NCBI RefSeq assembly: GCF_004010195.1
Contig: NC_057727.1
Coordinates: forward strand, 28,570,684-28,627,771
Length of the DNA: 57,088 nucleotides
From: Chiloscyllium plagiosum
Taxonomy: Eukaryota
Reading direction: 5' to 3'
Positions 27,190 to 39,811 of the stretch are shown here, one piece after another. The notes under the pieces were generated by a model, which was given only the letters and a program-made list of their open reading frames with translations, was not told the DNA's origin and did not search any database. How positions within the stretch are numbered: position 1 is the stretch's first letter; every line of letters begins with the position of its first letter. Made by a program: the position numbers and the translations under genes.

Positions 27190-27602
27190 AAAAACAGAGT
27201 TGCAAACACAACCCAGTCCTTCACACATGCCAATCTTCCAATCATTGGCTCCATCTACACTTCTCACTAGCTTGGAAAAGCAGCCAATATCATCAAAGAC
27301 CCTTCCCAATCTGGTTATAGTGTCTTCTAACTGCTTTCATCAGACAGAAGGTAGAAAGCTTAAAAACACGTACCAACAGGTTCAAGAACAGCTTCTTCTC
27401 TGCTGTTATTAGACTTGCGAGTGAACATCTCAAATTTCAAATCTAATATTGATCTTGCTTTTTGTGCACCTTCTTTACAGCTGTAACTTTGTATTTCTTG
27501 CTCTATTAAATCTTTGACTGCTATGACCTGCCTGTACTGTACACAAAACAAAACTTTTCAATGTACCCAGGTACATGTGACAATAATAAATCAAATCAAA
27601 TG
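27190..27602 (+). mobile_element. Rex1/Babar-type LINE 3' end
   Basis: QRVANTTQS...KAANIIKDPS...FKNSFF; AATAAA followed by a (TCAAA)n tail. Confidence 0.8.
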
Positions 27603-28068
27603 AAATAACAATTTTCTGTCAAATACAGATACTGGTATTACTGTGTTATTCCTGTTGACAATTTGAGGATATTGGGCTTCCATTGTCTTGCTTTCCATCC
27701 AAATATTCAGACCTCTTCTGCATCCCTCATCTATTCTAATGGCCTGGGGAAATTAAAATGTTAGTAATCACCATAAAGATGATCTATGTGAAAATCTGGA
27801 TTCACAGGGAAGGTGAGGGGATATTAAAGCAGAGAGAGGATCCACAAAGACAGGAAGAATCAATAAGGAGATTGTGGTACCTGCTGCCCTAAATTTCATA
27901 TCAAAGCTCTGTTTGTATTTCAGTAGTGTGAATCAGCCTGATAAATTGTTTAGTAGGGTGGGTTCATTCAGCTTGACCCACTTAGCTTCTGGGCCTGAAT
28001 CAAGTTTCAACGTGGACCAATCTTCCAACATATATGTATCTTGACAGGAGATAGTTATTAAAAATCTT

Positions 28069-30507
28069 AAGAATCACACAACACCAGGTTATAGTCCAAT
28101 AGGTTTATTTGGAAGCCATAACTTTCAAAGCGCTGCTCCTTCATCAGGTAGCTGTGGAGCTGGATCATAAGACACAGAATCTATAGCAAAAGATTACAGT
28201 GTGACACAACTGAAATGATATATTGAACAAACCTAGATTGCTGTTAAGTCTTTCACCTTTTAGAATGGGTTTTGATTGATTAATATATACATCACAGAAC
28301 TTCTTTTAAGGTTAATGTTCCAGTATACAAATACTATGGGAAGGATAGAAAGAGGGGCAAGAGAGGAGGGGGAGTGGTGTTTTTGATAAGGGATAGCATT
28401 ACTGCTGTACTTAGGGAGGATATTCTTGGGAATACATCGAGGGATGTTATTTAGGTGAACTGAGAAATAAGAAAGGGGTGATCACCTTATTGGGATTGTA
28501 TTATAGATCTCCTAATAGTCAATAGGAAATTAAGAAACAAATTTGTCAGGACATTTCAATTATCTGTAAAAATAATATGGTAGGGGATTTTAACTTTACA
28601 AACATAGATTGGAACTGCCATAATGTCAAGGGTTGAGATGGAGAGGAATTTGTTAAGTGTGTACAAGAACATTTCTGATTCAGTATGTGGATTATCTACT
28701 AGTGAAGGTGCAAAACTTGACCTATTCTTGGGAAATAAGGCAGGGCAGGTGACTGAGGTGTCAGGAGGGCAAAAGGGGACATGAGATAGCTTTGGCAAAT
28801 AGAGTTAAGGAGAATCCAATGGGATACTATCAATACATTAAGGTCAAAAGGGTAACTAGGGAGAGAATAGGGCCCCTCAAAGAACTGCAAGGCAACCCAT
28901 TTGTGCAGCTGCGGGAGATGGGGGAGATACTAAACAAGTATTTTGCATCAGCATTTACTGTGGAGAGGACATGGAAGATATAGAATATGGGGAAATAAAT
29001 GGTGACATCTTGAAAAATGTCCATATTAGAGAGGAGGATGTGCTGGATGTTTTGAAACACACAAAACTGGGTAAATCCCGAGACCTGATCAGGTGTAACT
29101 TAGAAATCTGTGGGAAGCTTAGGAAGTGATTGCTGGGCCCCTTGCTGAGATAAGGAAAAGCCAGGGAACTATAGGCCAGTGAGCCTGACATTGGTTGTAG
29201 AAACATTGTTGAAGAGAATCCTAAGGAACAGGATTTACAGGTATTTGGAAAGGCAAGGACTGATTAGGGATAGTCAGAGCTTTGAGTATAGGAGTTAGGA
29301 GGTCATTGTAGCTGTACAGGACATGGGCTAAGCCACGTTAGGAATATTGTATGCAATTCTGGTCTCGTTCCTATTGGAAGGATGTTGTGAAACTTGACAG
29401 GGTTCAGAAAAGATCTACAAGGATGTTGCCAGGGTTGGAGGGTTTGAGCAATAGGGAGAGGCTGAATAGGCTGGGTCTGTTTTCCCTGGAGCATCGGAGG
29501 CTGAGGGGTGACCTTATAAAGATTTATAAAATCATGAGGGGCATGGATGGGATAAATAGAAAAGGATTTTTCCCTGGGGGAGTCCAGAACTAGAGGGCAT
29601 AGATTTAGGGTAAGAGGGGAAAGATATAAAAGGGACCTCAGCGGTAACTTTTTCATCCAGAGGGTGGTATGTGTATGGAATAAGCTGCCAGAGGAAGTGG
29701 TGGAGGCTGGTGCAATTACAGCAATTAAAAGGCATCTGAATGGGTATATGTATAGGAAGGTTTAGAGGGATATGGGCCAAGTGCTGGCAAATGAGACAAG
29801 ATTAGGTTGGGATATCTGGTCAACATGGACAAGTTGGACTGAAGGTTCTGTTTCCATGCTGTACATCTCTATGATTTTATGACTCCAAGTCACATTCTCG
29901 AAATAACTTAAGGTTGTTTAAAAAAAAGGTGACATCTCAGGTCAGACAATGTATTAAAGGTGTGAGGTTGAGTCTGTCTGTATCCCAATCTTGAATCAGA
30001 CTAGTTCTATTTCCAAAAGGAATTTATAAAATATTAAATGGATTAACTGCCTGCAGATTTTGTGCTTTTTGAGCAAAATAGAATATGTCTGCAAATATAA
30101 TTCTACGAGTACAAATTCACCCCATATACTTATATGTGTGCGTGCATGCATAAGAAAGAGAGTATGTGCATTTGATTGTGAGTGCATGTGTCACCTTTTT
30201 TATAAAACCTTAAGTTATCTAAAGAATGTGACTTAAAAGAAGTTCTGGGATTTACATATTAATGAACCGAAACCTGCAAGACATTGTAAAAGATAATTTA
30301 GGTTTGTTCAATATATCATTTCAGTTTCATGACACTGCAATCTTTTGCCGTAAATTATGTGTCTTATGATCCTGCTCTACAGCTACCTGATGAAGGAGCA
30401 GTGCCCCAAAAGCTAGTACTTCTAAATAAACACGTTGGACTATAACCTGGTGTGTGATTTTTAACTATGTCCACCCCAGTCCTACACCAGCTCCTCCACA
30501 TCATTTG
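28069..30507. mobile_element. PLE-derived inverted element (arms about 28069-28310 plus 29888-30180, and 30188-30507) split by a CR1 insertion
   Basis: Left and right ends are reverse complements (CACACAACACCAGGTTATAGTCCAA / TTGGACTATAACCTGGTGTGTG); CTGATGA motif; possible TSD AAAAATCTT at 28060-28068 and 30508-30516. Confidence 0.75.
28311..29887 (+). mobile_element. Internally deleted CR1 LINE (EN, linker, RT and 3' pieces)
   Basis: KRGGGV, YRSPNS, GDFNF, NYRPVSLT and CMQFWS pieces in order with large gaps. Confidence 0.85.
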
Positions 30508-31802
30508 AAAAATCTTGACATTTTTCACTTACAAATTGACAAATGAAGTAAAGGAGGTATGTCTACCCCTTTAAACTTCAACTATAGTAGCGATCAGATT
30601 TTGCATAGATTAGCATGCAACACGAATTGAATGCATCATATGAGACCGCACTGCATCATCACCACCCAGGCAAAACAAACTGAGCCATCTCAAGACCGGG
30701 TCACGAGCGGGCATGTGTGCTCGCTTTAGTCAGTGTCTATATAATTGCTTACTATTACTTTTTATTCTTTTTTACAAACATTTTATGGCTTCTGTCCAAT
30801 TCATGACATAATTTGTCCGCATGTTTGCAACAAACATTGCAATTAAAAATGTAGAACGGTGTTCAGTCACGTGGCTCTTTAATTTGCTCTTCGTTTATTC
30901 CTTTTTATCAAATTACAGTAAAGGTTTAACTGATACCTTTCGTCATGTAATCTGATCATTTTCATTGTAGTCGACTGTATTGTGCAATTTTAAGGTTTTT
31001 CTTTATAATTAACAAAGATCCAATAGATACGTCTTAATAAATAATTCATCTTTAATAAATGCGATACGACACATCTCATTCTGCCTATATATTATTTAAA
31101 ACCAGAGTCTTAAATAAGTGACTTCACATTTATAGGCTTTTCTTATTCAATGTTAAAGTTGTGCCATAAAACACAAACAATGAACTTGATTGTTGTAATA
31201 ATTGTTGAATTCGATTTGCTTTTTTGACACTATCTAATGTTGGAGTAAAGTGGGTCATTACCGCGTCTCTATGTTTCGCTCGAGTAACTCAGACGAATTA
31301 ATAATTCATGTATTAAGCTCCGAGGAACAATGATTTCCTGCAACCTGAAATCCAATATCCGACAGTATTTTACATCGTGGTTTTACATTCGTTTATAACT
31401 GTAGTTGTAAGCCCAGCGGAAAGTTATGTTCCCTTTCCAAAAACATTACCGATAGCTTTATTTCCTTCGTGAGACTTTGGAACATGGCTGTATCCCATGT
31501 TGAATTGAGCAGGCAAGTACGATTTTTAAAATTTCATTTCCTCAGTGGTATAAAACTTTGTTCCCCGCCCCCTTCTTTTTATGTTAACTTCAATCATACT
31601 TAATCAAAATGTAAGAATCGTCCACTCACTGACAGATTCTTAAAATTCATTAACACAATTAGTTTAATATACATTTCGAAATATTTCATTAACGCTTTCA
31701 TAGTGCAGGCTACTGTGTCTATGTCCGAAATCCGATAATTGTAAATAGTTTTATTATTGCACATAATAAAAACAATAAAATAAACTATAATAACAGTATA
31801 AT

Positions 31803-31975
31803 TACTGCGGGTGCTGACACAAACACAAGGAATGCTGGAGAAACTCAGCAGGTCTGGCGGCATTTAGGGAGAGAAATACCTCTGTTATAATTCTTCACCG
31901 GACTCCAAACGTTAATTCTGTTTATCTCCACAGATGCTCCCGCACCTGCTTCGTTTCTCCAGCATTCTCTGTGTA
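31803..31975. mobile_element. Old palindromic PLE-terminus mini-element
   Basis: ACACAAGGAATGCTGGAGAAAC...GCAGGT pairs with ACCTGC...GTTTCTCCAGCATTCTCTGTGT. Confidence 0.65.
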
Positions 31976-33225
31976 GTTTGATGAGCTGAACTGTTGTCTT
32001 TAGATACAGCATTTTAAAAAACTAAACAACAAACTGGAGAAAAGTATCTTTAATTCTTAGATAAAACAATGACCTCAGCAAATGTGTCTAGAAATATTAC
32101 ATTTTACAATATCTCGTCTTTACTAATAACCTACTTATTCTATGTGACAATTAATTTATTAATCCTGAACAAAATATTGAATTGTAAAAATATAAATCTC
32201 AGCTTCTTGGTTTCTGAAGATGTAGATTTCAATTACATCTTCTTGATCTAATTGTTAAATGCACTTGTTTACATTTCTAGGTCTTAACAGTAGTCAGTAG
32301 CTGTAACTTAATACTCTCAACATTTACTAATTAGTTAAACCTTGTTTAATTTTAATCAAAGGTTTTTTCAAAGATGTTGTGATTTTATATATTGATTTGC
32401 AGTATCTGCAGCACTTTTATGGTGAACTAATTTAAATGAAAACTTGCTTTGAAATCAATGTGTTTTGCATCCCTTACTTTAATTCTGTATGTATCAAAAT
32501 TATTTATAGTTGTGCACTATTACATTAATATTGAACATACACCATGTTAACATAATGAACTTTTGTGTGTAGTCCATTGTATCTGCGATAACATATTTTA
32601 TGGGTGCCTTATTGTCAGCATTTTTACCATTTGTAATAAGTGTGTTGTCATAATTGAAACATTTTCCTAATTTTGAAGGAATTGACTTAAAAAAATTACT
32701 TAATGCATTGCCAAAATTTAAAATAAACTCTCCTCTGCATGGGAATAATAGTACATATTATAGTTGTCATATGTAGAATAATTTGACTCCATGATTTATT
32801 GAAAATATAACTATTTTGGCAGGAATGTTACTTTTTTAAAAAAATCCTAAAAGGATAATGCAATATATTCTTAATTAGTAATGTACAAGTGTGAGTTGAA
32901 ATAGATCCAAATATGTCAGTGATGTTGTGTAGATTTAACATTATTAAATATTGCTTCATATTAACAAGATAAGGGAAATAAAAGAAGAAAAACAAACAAA
33001 TTTGGGCAATTAAAAATAAATCAGCAGAGTTAGGAGGGTTTAAGACTTTAATTTGTGCTTTTTTTCTGTTTGTAAAACATATGTCAAAACTGAGGAATAA
33101 ACACATGGGGAAAATAGTAAAACCTGTTTCCATCAATGCTCCTTGAAGTAAGTCAAATGTCAATGTTCTCTCTGTTAATTTTTGTGAAAAAGTAGATATT
33201 CATAGACTGGCAACTGTCAGAATGA

Positions 33226-33439
33226 GCTGAAAATGTGTTGCTGGAAAAGTGCAGCAGGTCAGGCAGCATCCAAGGAGCAGGAGAATCGACGTTTCGGGCA
33301 TAAGCCCTTCTTCCTGAAGAAGGGCTTATGCCCGAAACGTCGATTCTCCTGCTCCTTGGATGCTGCCTGACCTGTTGCGCTTTTCCAGCAACACATTTTC
33401 AGCTCTGATCTCCAGCATCTGTAGACCTCACTTTCTCCT
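33226..33439. mobile_element. Young palindromic PLE-terminus mini-element with an intact hammerhead motif on the plus strand
   Basis: 90-bp arms 33224-33313 and 33316-33405 (2 mismatches); 15-bp TSD CAACTGTCAGAATGA at 33211-33225 and 33440-33454. Confidence 0.92.
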
Positions 33440-35550
33440 CAACTGTCAGAATGAAGTGCCAATGGACAGCTCTGATAATTGCTACCCTGTCCAAACATGA
33501 TTAAGAAGCACAACAATTATTAAGGAGAACAGCTAACTGGTACCTCTTCCAAAAGGGAGCAAGACACATGACAAACATTAATTAAACAACTTTTATTAGG
33601 ACAATATTAAAGAATTTTTGATGAACATTTGCAACATCATACAGCCAGAAAATTAAATTCTGGATCAGTAAGTTTAATCACGGGGAATTATTCAAAGTAT
33701 TACACAGAAGTGCTTGTAATGAGGAATTTCCCATTAGTCAGAATGGGTATAGTGGCTATTATTAACATATGAAAACATTTTAAGGTGCTTCACAAATGAG
33801 AATATATGATGGCGAGATGTGCTGTGCAGTACGTTGGGTAAAAAGATAGGCTTTAAAAGGTTTTACAGATGGAGAGAGAAATGAAGATGAAAAAATTTAT
33901 GATTTTCCCATATCAATAAATAGAAATATGTATTATGTGACATAAAATAGAAAACTTTATTCCTTACACTTTTCTGATTTACTTCTTCATTATGTTTGCA
34001 TTTTCTTTGACATATTTCTCTTATTTTGTTGCTATTTCTTGCCTACTATTAAATGAGACACAATATTGTAATTGGAAATGGAGTCATCATCACACAGCAG
34101 CAGGAGGAAAAGGCAGCCCTGGGACTACAGAGAACAAAAAAACTCTGTGTGATTCACAGTAGGTGCTGCTATAGGCAGCAAATGCATTTAACAGAGTCAA
34201 TTACTTAAGCATAATGAATAAGCTGTGCATAATGAGAAACAGACTCATCAAAGAGACTCAGGCTGATCTACGCCACATTTGCCATAAATGCCTGGGGGAT
34301 GGTCATCAGTAGAATTTAGAATTTAACTTATTATCATGTATACTGGGGCATAGCGAAAAGCTTTGTCTTGCGAGCAATTTCGGTAGATCACATAGTTAAA
34401 TAGCATAGAAGCAAATAATAGGTAAACAGTGGCAAAATCAAAAACACAGAAACAGACGTATGTTATGTATTACCAATGGCATTAAAGGCAATCACCTACC
34501 CTCTCCACTTATATCACAAAAATATTCCATGTAATCACAGGGGAAAGCCTCAGACTTAGACTTTTCTTTAGGTTTATGAACATTCAACATTTTTTAGTGT
34601 ACAGTATAATGAAAGAATGACAAACAAATGGTGTGAATTTATGTTACTTTGTTAGTTACTATGTTTTTTTGATTTTGTATTTTTGCCTTTGATCATCATT
34701 TTGCCCTTTTGATTCAGATACCTTAGTAATAAGTTTGCTTTTAGTGAGGAAACAGCACTGGTGGATGATTACATGGACAACTGGCAAGCTGCAGGGCATT
34801 TGGAAAGGTGCCATTTATACCATGACTAACTCAGAAGGACTTATCCTACTGCCAGAGATCTGCTTCATCTAGTGTTATTTGTTAATGCTTTGTAAGGGTA
34901 AATAATTACCAAAGATGTGAGTATTCATCAGCTGCTCCTATGCAACTCGATATGTGCCATTGGTGGAGGGTATTGGCTCACATTAGACATTTATCTGAGT
35001 GAGCAAAAAAGTAGTGTTGCCTACAACTCTTCAGTAAACATCCTGAAGCTGAACATAATTACATGGTGGATTGTGGGAACAAAGTCTTAGTATTGCAGTA
35101 TAATAATCCATGAGATACTCCCGAAGTACTCATGTCATATTTAACCAAGACATACACTGCAAAGGCCATTGATTTTTCCAAGTACTCAGTGGTATCCTGT
35201 AATGCAAATCCTGCCACACCATCTAATTATGTGGGAAATGGAATTACTGTGTGGCTGTAAAGTTGGTCAATATTCAAACCATCTTCCAATCAATGCATTG
35301 AAGCAAATAAACTCTAAGTGTGATGCTGCTGCTCTTACACTTTTTGTTTGAAGGGAGCAACATGAAGATTTTTATTTCCACTTACTTGTAGGACAGAGGT
35401 TCAGGATACTATCAATCACTTTCCATCACCCCATGACTTGATACCCTTTAGGGGTGACTCACCTTTTTTATGAGCAGCTCAAAGAGTGATTTGGCTTTTT
35501 TTAAAAGCCCTTCTTTGTCAGTCATGAAAAATGTGTTTATTTCTTTTTAG

Positions 35551-35895
35551 AATGGATTGGATGAATAGACAAGGTCTTTACTCCAGGTGGGGGAAGTCCA
35601 AAACTAGAGGGCATAGGTTTAAGGTGAGAGGGGAAAGATTTAAGAGGGAACTAAGGGACAACTTTTTCATGCAGACGGTGATGCTTGTATGGAATGAGCT
35701 TCCAGAGGAAGTGGTGGAGGCTGGTACAATTACAACATTTAAAAGACATCTGGATGGGTATATGAATAGGAAGGATTTAGAGGGATATGGGCCAAGTGCT
35801 CGCAAATGGAACTAGTTTTAATAAGGATGAATAGTTGGCATGGACGACATGGACCAAAAAATCTGTTTCCATATTGTATAGCTTTATGACTCTAT
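35551..35895 (+). mobile_element. CR1 LINE 3' end
   Basis: KTRGHRFKVRGERFK...WNELPEEVVEAG; GACTCTAT tail. Confidence 0.9.
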
Positions 35896-36465
35896 GTAGT
35901 TTTCATAGTTGAATTAAAATGTCACAGAAGTTGAGTTGAAATTACGAAACAAATTATAAAGGCTTATTAAGTGAAATAAAAAGGAATTTTATTATCTATT
36001 AAGTTCTAGAAAAAGGTTATAAAATTGCAACATCAAATACATATACAGGTACATGTGGTAAGTTTAAAAAGGAGTGTGTATCTAGTACAGACAAGAATAA
36101 TAAACTTTATACAGTTTGAAAGTCCTTAGATTGCTTGCTGTGCTCAATTTTTAACCTAAAACTAGAGTTGTTTAATTGTTGATTGGTATTCTCAGCAGTA
36201 ATAAAGTTTGTAGATGTCTTGATGTCCTTGGGGAATTATTGTTTCCACAATTCACTTCTTCACTGGGGACAGTCTTTTGAGAGAGTGAGATGGGAGTGGG
36301 ACTTTCAGCTTGTTGTTCCAAATTCATTTTTCTTTCTTCCTGCACAAAAACAGTCAATGAAATTTCGTTTGATTGTATATTCCCAAATTTGGCTTCATTG
36401 TCTTCTCAAACTGAACATTTTGATGTCCAATATATATACTTGCTATACAAATGTGCATGAAGGTA

Positions 36466-36576
36466 CTTTTGGCACAGTAATAATGTCGCAACTCTGAGCC
36501 AGGAGGCCCAGATTCAAGTCCCACGTACTCCAGAGGTGTGTAATACCATCACTAAATAGGTGATTGAAAATATCTA
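36466..36576 (+). mobile_element. Short tRNA-derived SINE
   Basis: TGGCACAGT...GATTCAAGTCC head; matches 26561-26680. Confidence 0.55.
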
Positions 36577-36829
36577 GAAGTATAAATTACCCAGGAGATG
36601 TGAATTTTTTAAGGCTGCCCCATCTGCCTGGTTTCAATGACTTCAGACAAACATGGGAATATCCATTCAACTAGTTTTGTTTCCTCCCATATTAGTTTCC
36701 TGAAACTGCTTCAATCTGTGGTCAGGTGATCATGGTAGCCATTTTAAGTCAGTGTTTTGTTTTAATCTATTTGTGCCTACAGAATGTCTCACGTGTAATA
36801 ATCAGATGATGCAAGTTAACATTTGATAA

Positions 36830-37715
36830 TGCATGATTGTAGTGGGTCTCATCAGCAGTAATAATGAGTCAGCATACATAGAGGAGGTGCATTGGCTAAT
36901 GGACTGGTGCAGAGCCAACAACTTGTCTCTGAACATGGACAAAATAAAAGAGATGGTTGTTGACTTCAGGAGGGCACAGAGCGACCACGCTCCACTGGAC
37001 ATCGATTGCTCCCCTGAGGAGATCGTGAGCAGCACCAAATTTCTCACCTGGTTCCTCACCACCAACTCCATAGCCAGAAAGTCCAGCAGTATCTTTACTT
37101 TCTGCGTAGACTGAGGGAAACCCACCTCCTACCCCCCAGCTGCACCACATTCTACAGAGGGTTCATTGAGAGTACCCTGAGCTGCTGCATCATTGCTTAG
37201 AATTGCACCATCTTGGTTGTAAGACCCTACAATGGATAGTGAGGAGACCTGAGAAGATCATTGGGGTCTCTCTTCCCTCCATTACAGGCATTTACACCAC
37301 ACGCTGCATCCAAAAGGCTAAGAGCAATGTGAAAGACCCCACGCACCCCTCACTCAAACTCTTCTCCCTCCTGCCATCTGGCAGATAACGGGACATTCGG
37401 TCTCTCATGGCCAGACTGTGCAACAGTTTCTTCCCCCAAGCCATCAGGCTCCTTAACACTGTATGACCGGACTCTTTTCCATCTGAAATTCTTTGCACGA
37501 CTTCGAATTGCTGCTAGAACAATGTCTATTAATTATCATTAATTGTAATTTGCGTGTTTTACACTTCTTATATACTTTATGCTGCCCTTTGTATGATCGT
37601 GTATTTTGTGCTGTCCATGTAGCACCTTGGTTCTGGAGGAATGCTGTCTCATTTTTTACTGTATCAGTTGTATATGGTAGAAATGACAAATAAAAACTAC
37701 TCTACTCTACTCTAC
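36830..37715 (+). mobile_element. Rex1/Babar LINE RT C-terminus and 3' UTR
   Basis: VVGLISSNNESAYIEEV..LMDWCRANNLSLN.DK.KEMVVDFRR; LLPSGR; (CTCTA)n tail. Confidence 0.88.
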
Positions 37716-39811
37716 ATTCACCAGTATTATAATACCCATTGTATGATTGTTATCTTTTCCTATGGTACATCTATCTGTGCTGATCTCTGCTTAGAGGTGG
37801 AGTACTGAATGTTATTCAGGGTCACCTGACGAACCACTGTATTTTCTTTTCTCAATAAGGAGAATGGGTGCAACATACGTTTATTTATCCATCGAAGGAC
37901 AACATCACTTAACATGCATTATTTATCAGTTACACACAATGTGTAACACACATTGATGAAACATTTTGAAAAAGTCATAAAAGACATGAATATGGAATAT
38001 ACCAGTCGTCTGTTAACATTTCCAAATTTCACATTACTAATTTCTTTCAGATTCTCTGTCTAAATATGTCAACTTTTATTTCCTCATCAATGGGCAATTT
38101 TCACAACAACCTGTATTTATACATGCAGTCTTTTTAACAATGAAAAACATTTCAAGATACTTCATAAGGATGCAAGGAAAACATCTGAATGTAGATCCAG
38201 AGATGAAATTAGAGGGGAAAAGTAACATTTTGCAAAACTGCATTTTAAAGAGGCAAGGGAGGTAGAGAGTTTTAAAGAGAAAATTCCATGATTCAAGAGA
38301 CACCGCTGAAAGCATGCCTACTATTTGTTGGATGAAGAGGAGGTGGTGTACAAGAGTCTGGAGTTACAGGAGCAGAACATTCAGGGAAGAGGGAACATGG
38401 TGGTGCAGAAGTGACAAATACAAGGAGTTATAAGACCAAGTAATTCAAGTACAAGATTTAAATTGTCATTTAAATAATACATTATAAATTGAGAAAAAAC
38501 ATATTTACATAAATAAATCTGTTTTATTTCTACTACTTCACTACATTCTTGCTATTTATGTACCAGTAAACTACAATTTTCAACAAGGGATCATATATGG
38601 GATCATGTTTATAAGTTGGAAGTTCATTTATCAGGGACCCCTTGAGCAAATTAAAACATTTATCTCATTATAAATTCTTCCTTACACACATGCAGACAGA
38701 TAAACAGTTAGAGGGAAATAGTTATAGGCCAAGGTAGTTCAGTGGTTCCTACTCATGGGTTGCTGAGATGATATTTATGCTGGAAAGAACATTGTCTTAG
38801 AGTTGTCTGTCCCCAGATGGTTCCACTGACTTTTCAAGAAACACTAATAAAAGGTAGCTGACTTACCAATTAAAAGTCACAGCTTTTACCAACTGCTGAA
38901 GAAAAGATGAATTAGTTTTCTTCAGGTTTAAAATGGTTCTTAACTGAAGAGAACAGAGAGACAGTGTCTGAGGTGGAGATCAAAACACTTTCTATCTAGC
39001 TTGTTCCCAGCCTGAGAACCAATCACACAGTTGTTGGAAGGAGAAAGGATTTTGTCATTGATAATTGGTCACTGGTCCAGAAACTAATCAACTTCTTGTT
39101 GCCACCCATCTGTATCTGTACCATGAACCCCTTGGCTCTAATTTGCCCGCATTCACTTCAATTATTGCTTGTTCAAACAGACATTTGCACAACACTTGCA
39201 GTAAGTCTCAGGTTACTTGCTTTGCAAAACATGCAACAATCCTTTAAAATACTAGTTTTAAAACAGTATTTTAATTATTAATCCACAATTCTGAACAGCA
39301 TAAAAATAAAAAGACACAGACATTACAAGGTTCATTAAAGGATTTATTTATACGTTCTTGAGAATTGGCATCACTCAAAAGGCCAGAAGTTATTTCTCAT
39401 CCTTAAGTTGCCCTTTGTGATGATGGTAAGCAGCTTTTTTGAATAGCTGAAATCCCTGTGATAAAGCTACTCCCAATGTGGTGTTAAGTTGAGAGTTCCA
39501 GAAATTTGGCCAACAACAGTGACAGTGAAAGATGGACATTGATTTTGAAGTCAGGATAGTCTGCACTCAGAGGAGAATTTGCAAATGATGCAGTTCCTAT
39601 TTGCCTACTGTTCTTGCAATCATGATTGTCATTGTTGCTCTTAAAGTTTTATTCTGAGATATTGTTTCAAAGCAATACCTCTTTTTGATTTTGTTAGCTG
39701 ATCATTGAAGTAAATGCATGGGAACTCATTTCTCCAAGTAGAATTTCTTAAATGACAAAACAATAGCTGAATTCTGATTCCAATTTAAAATATTGCACAT
39801 TACTTTTGATT

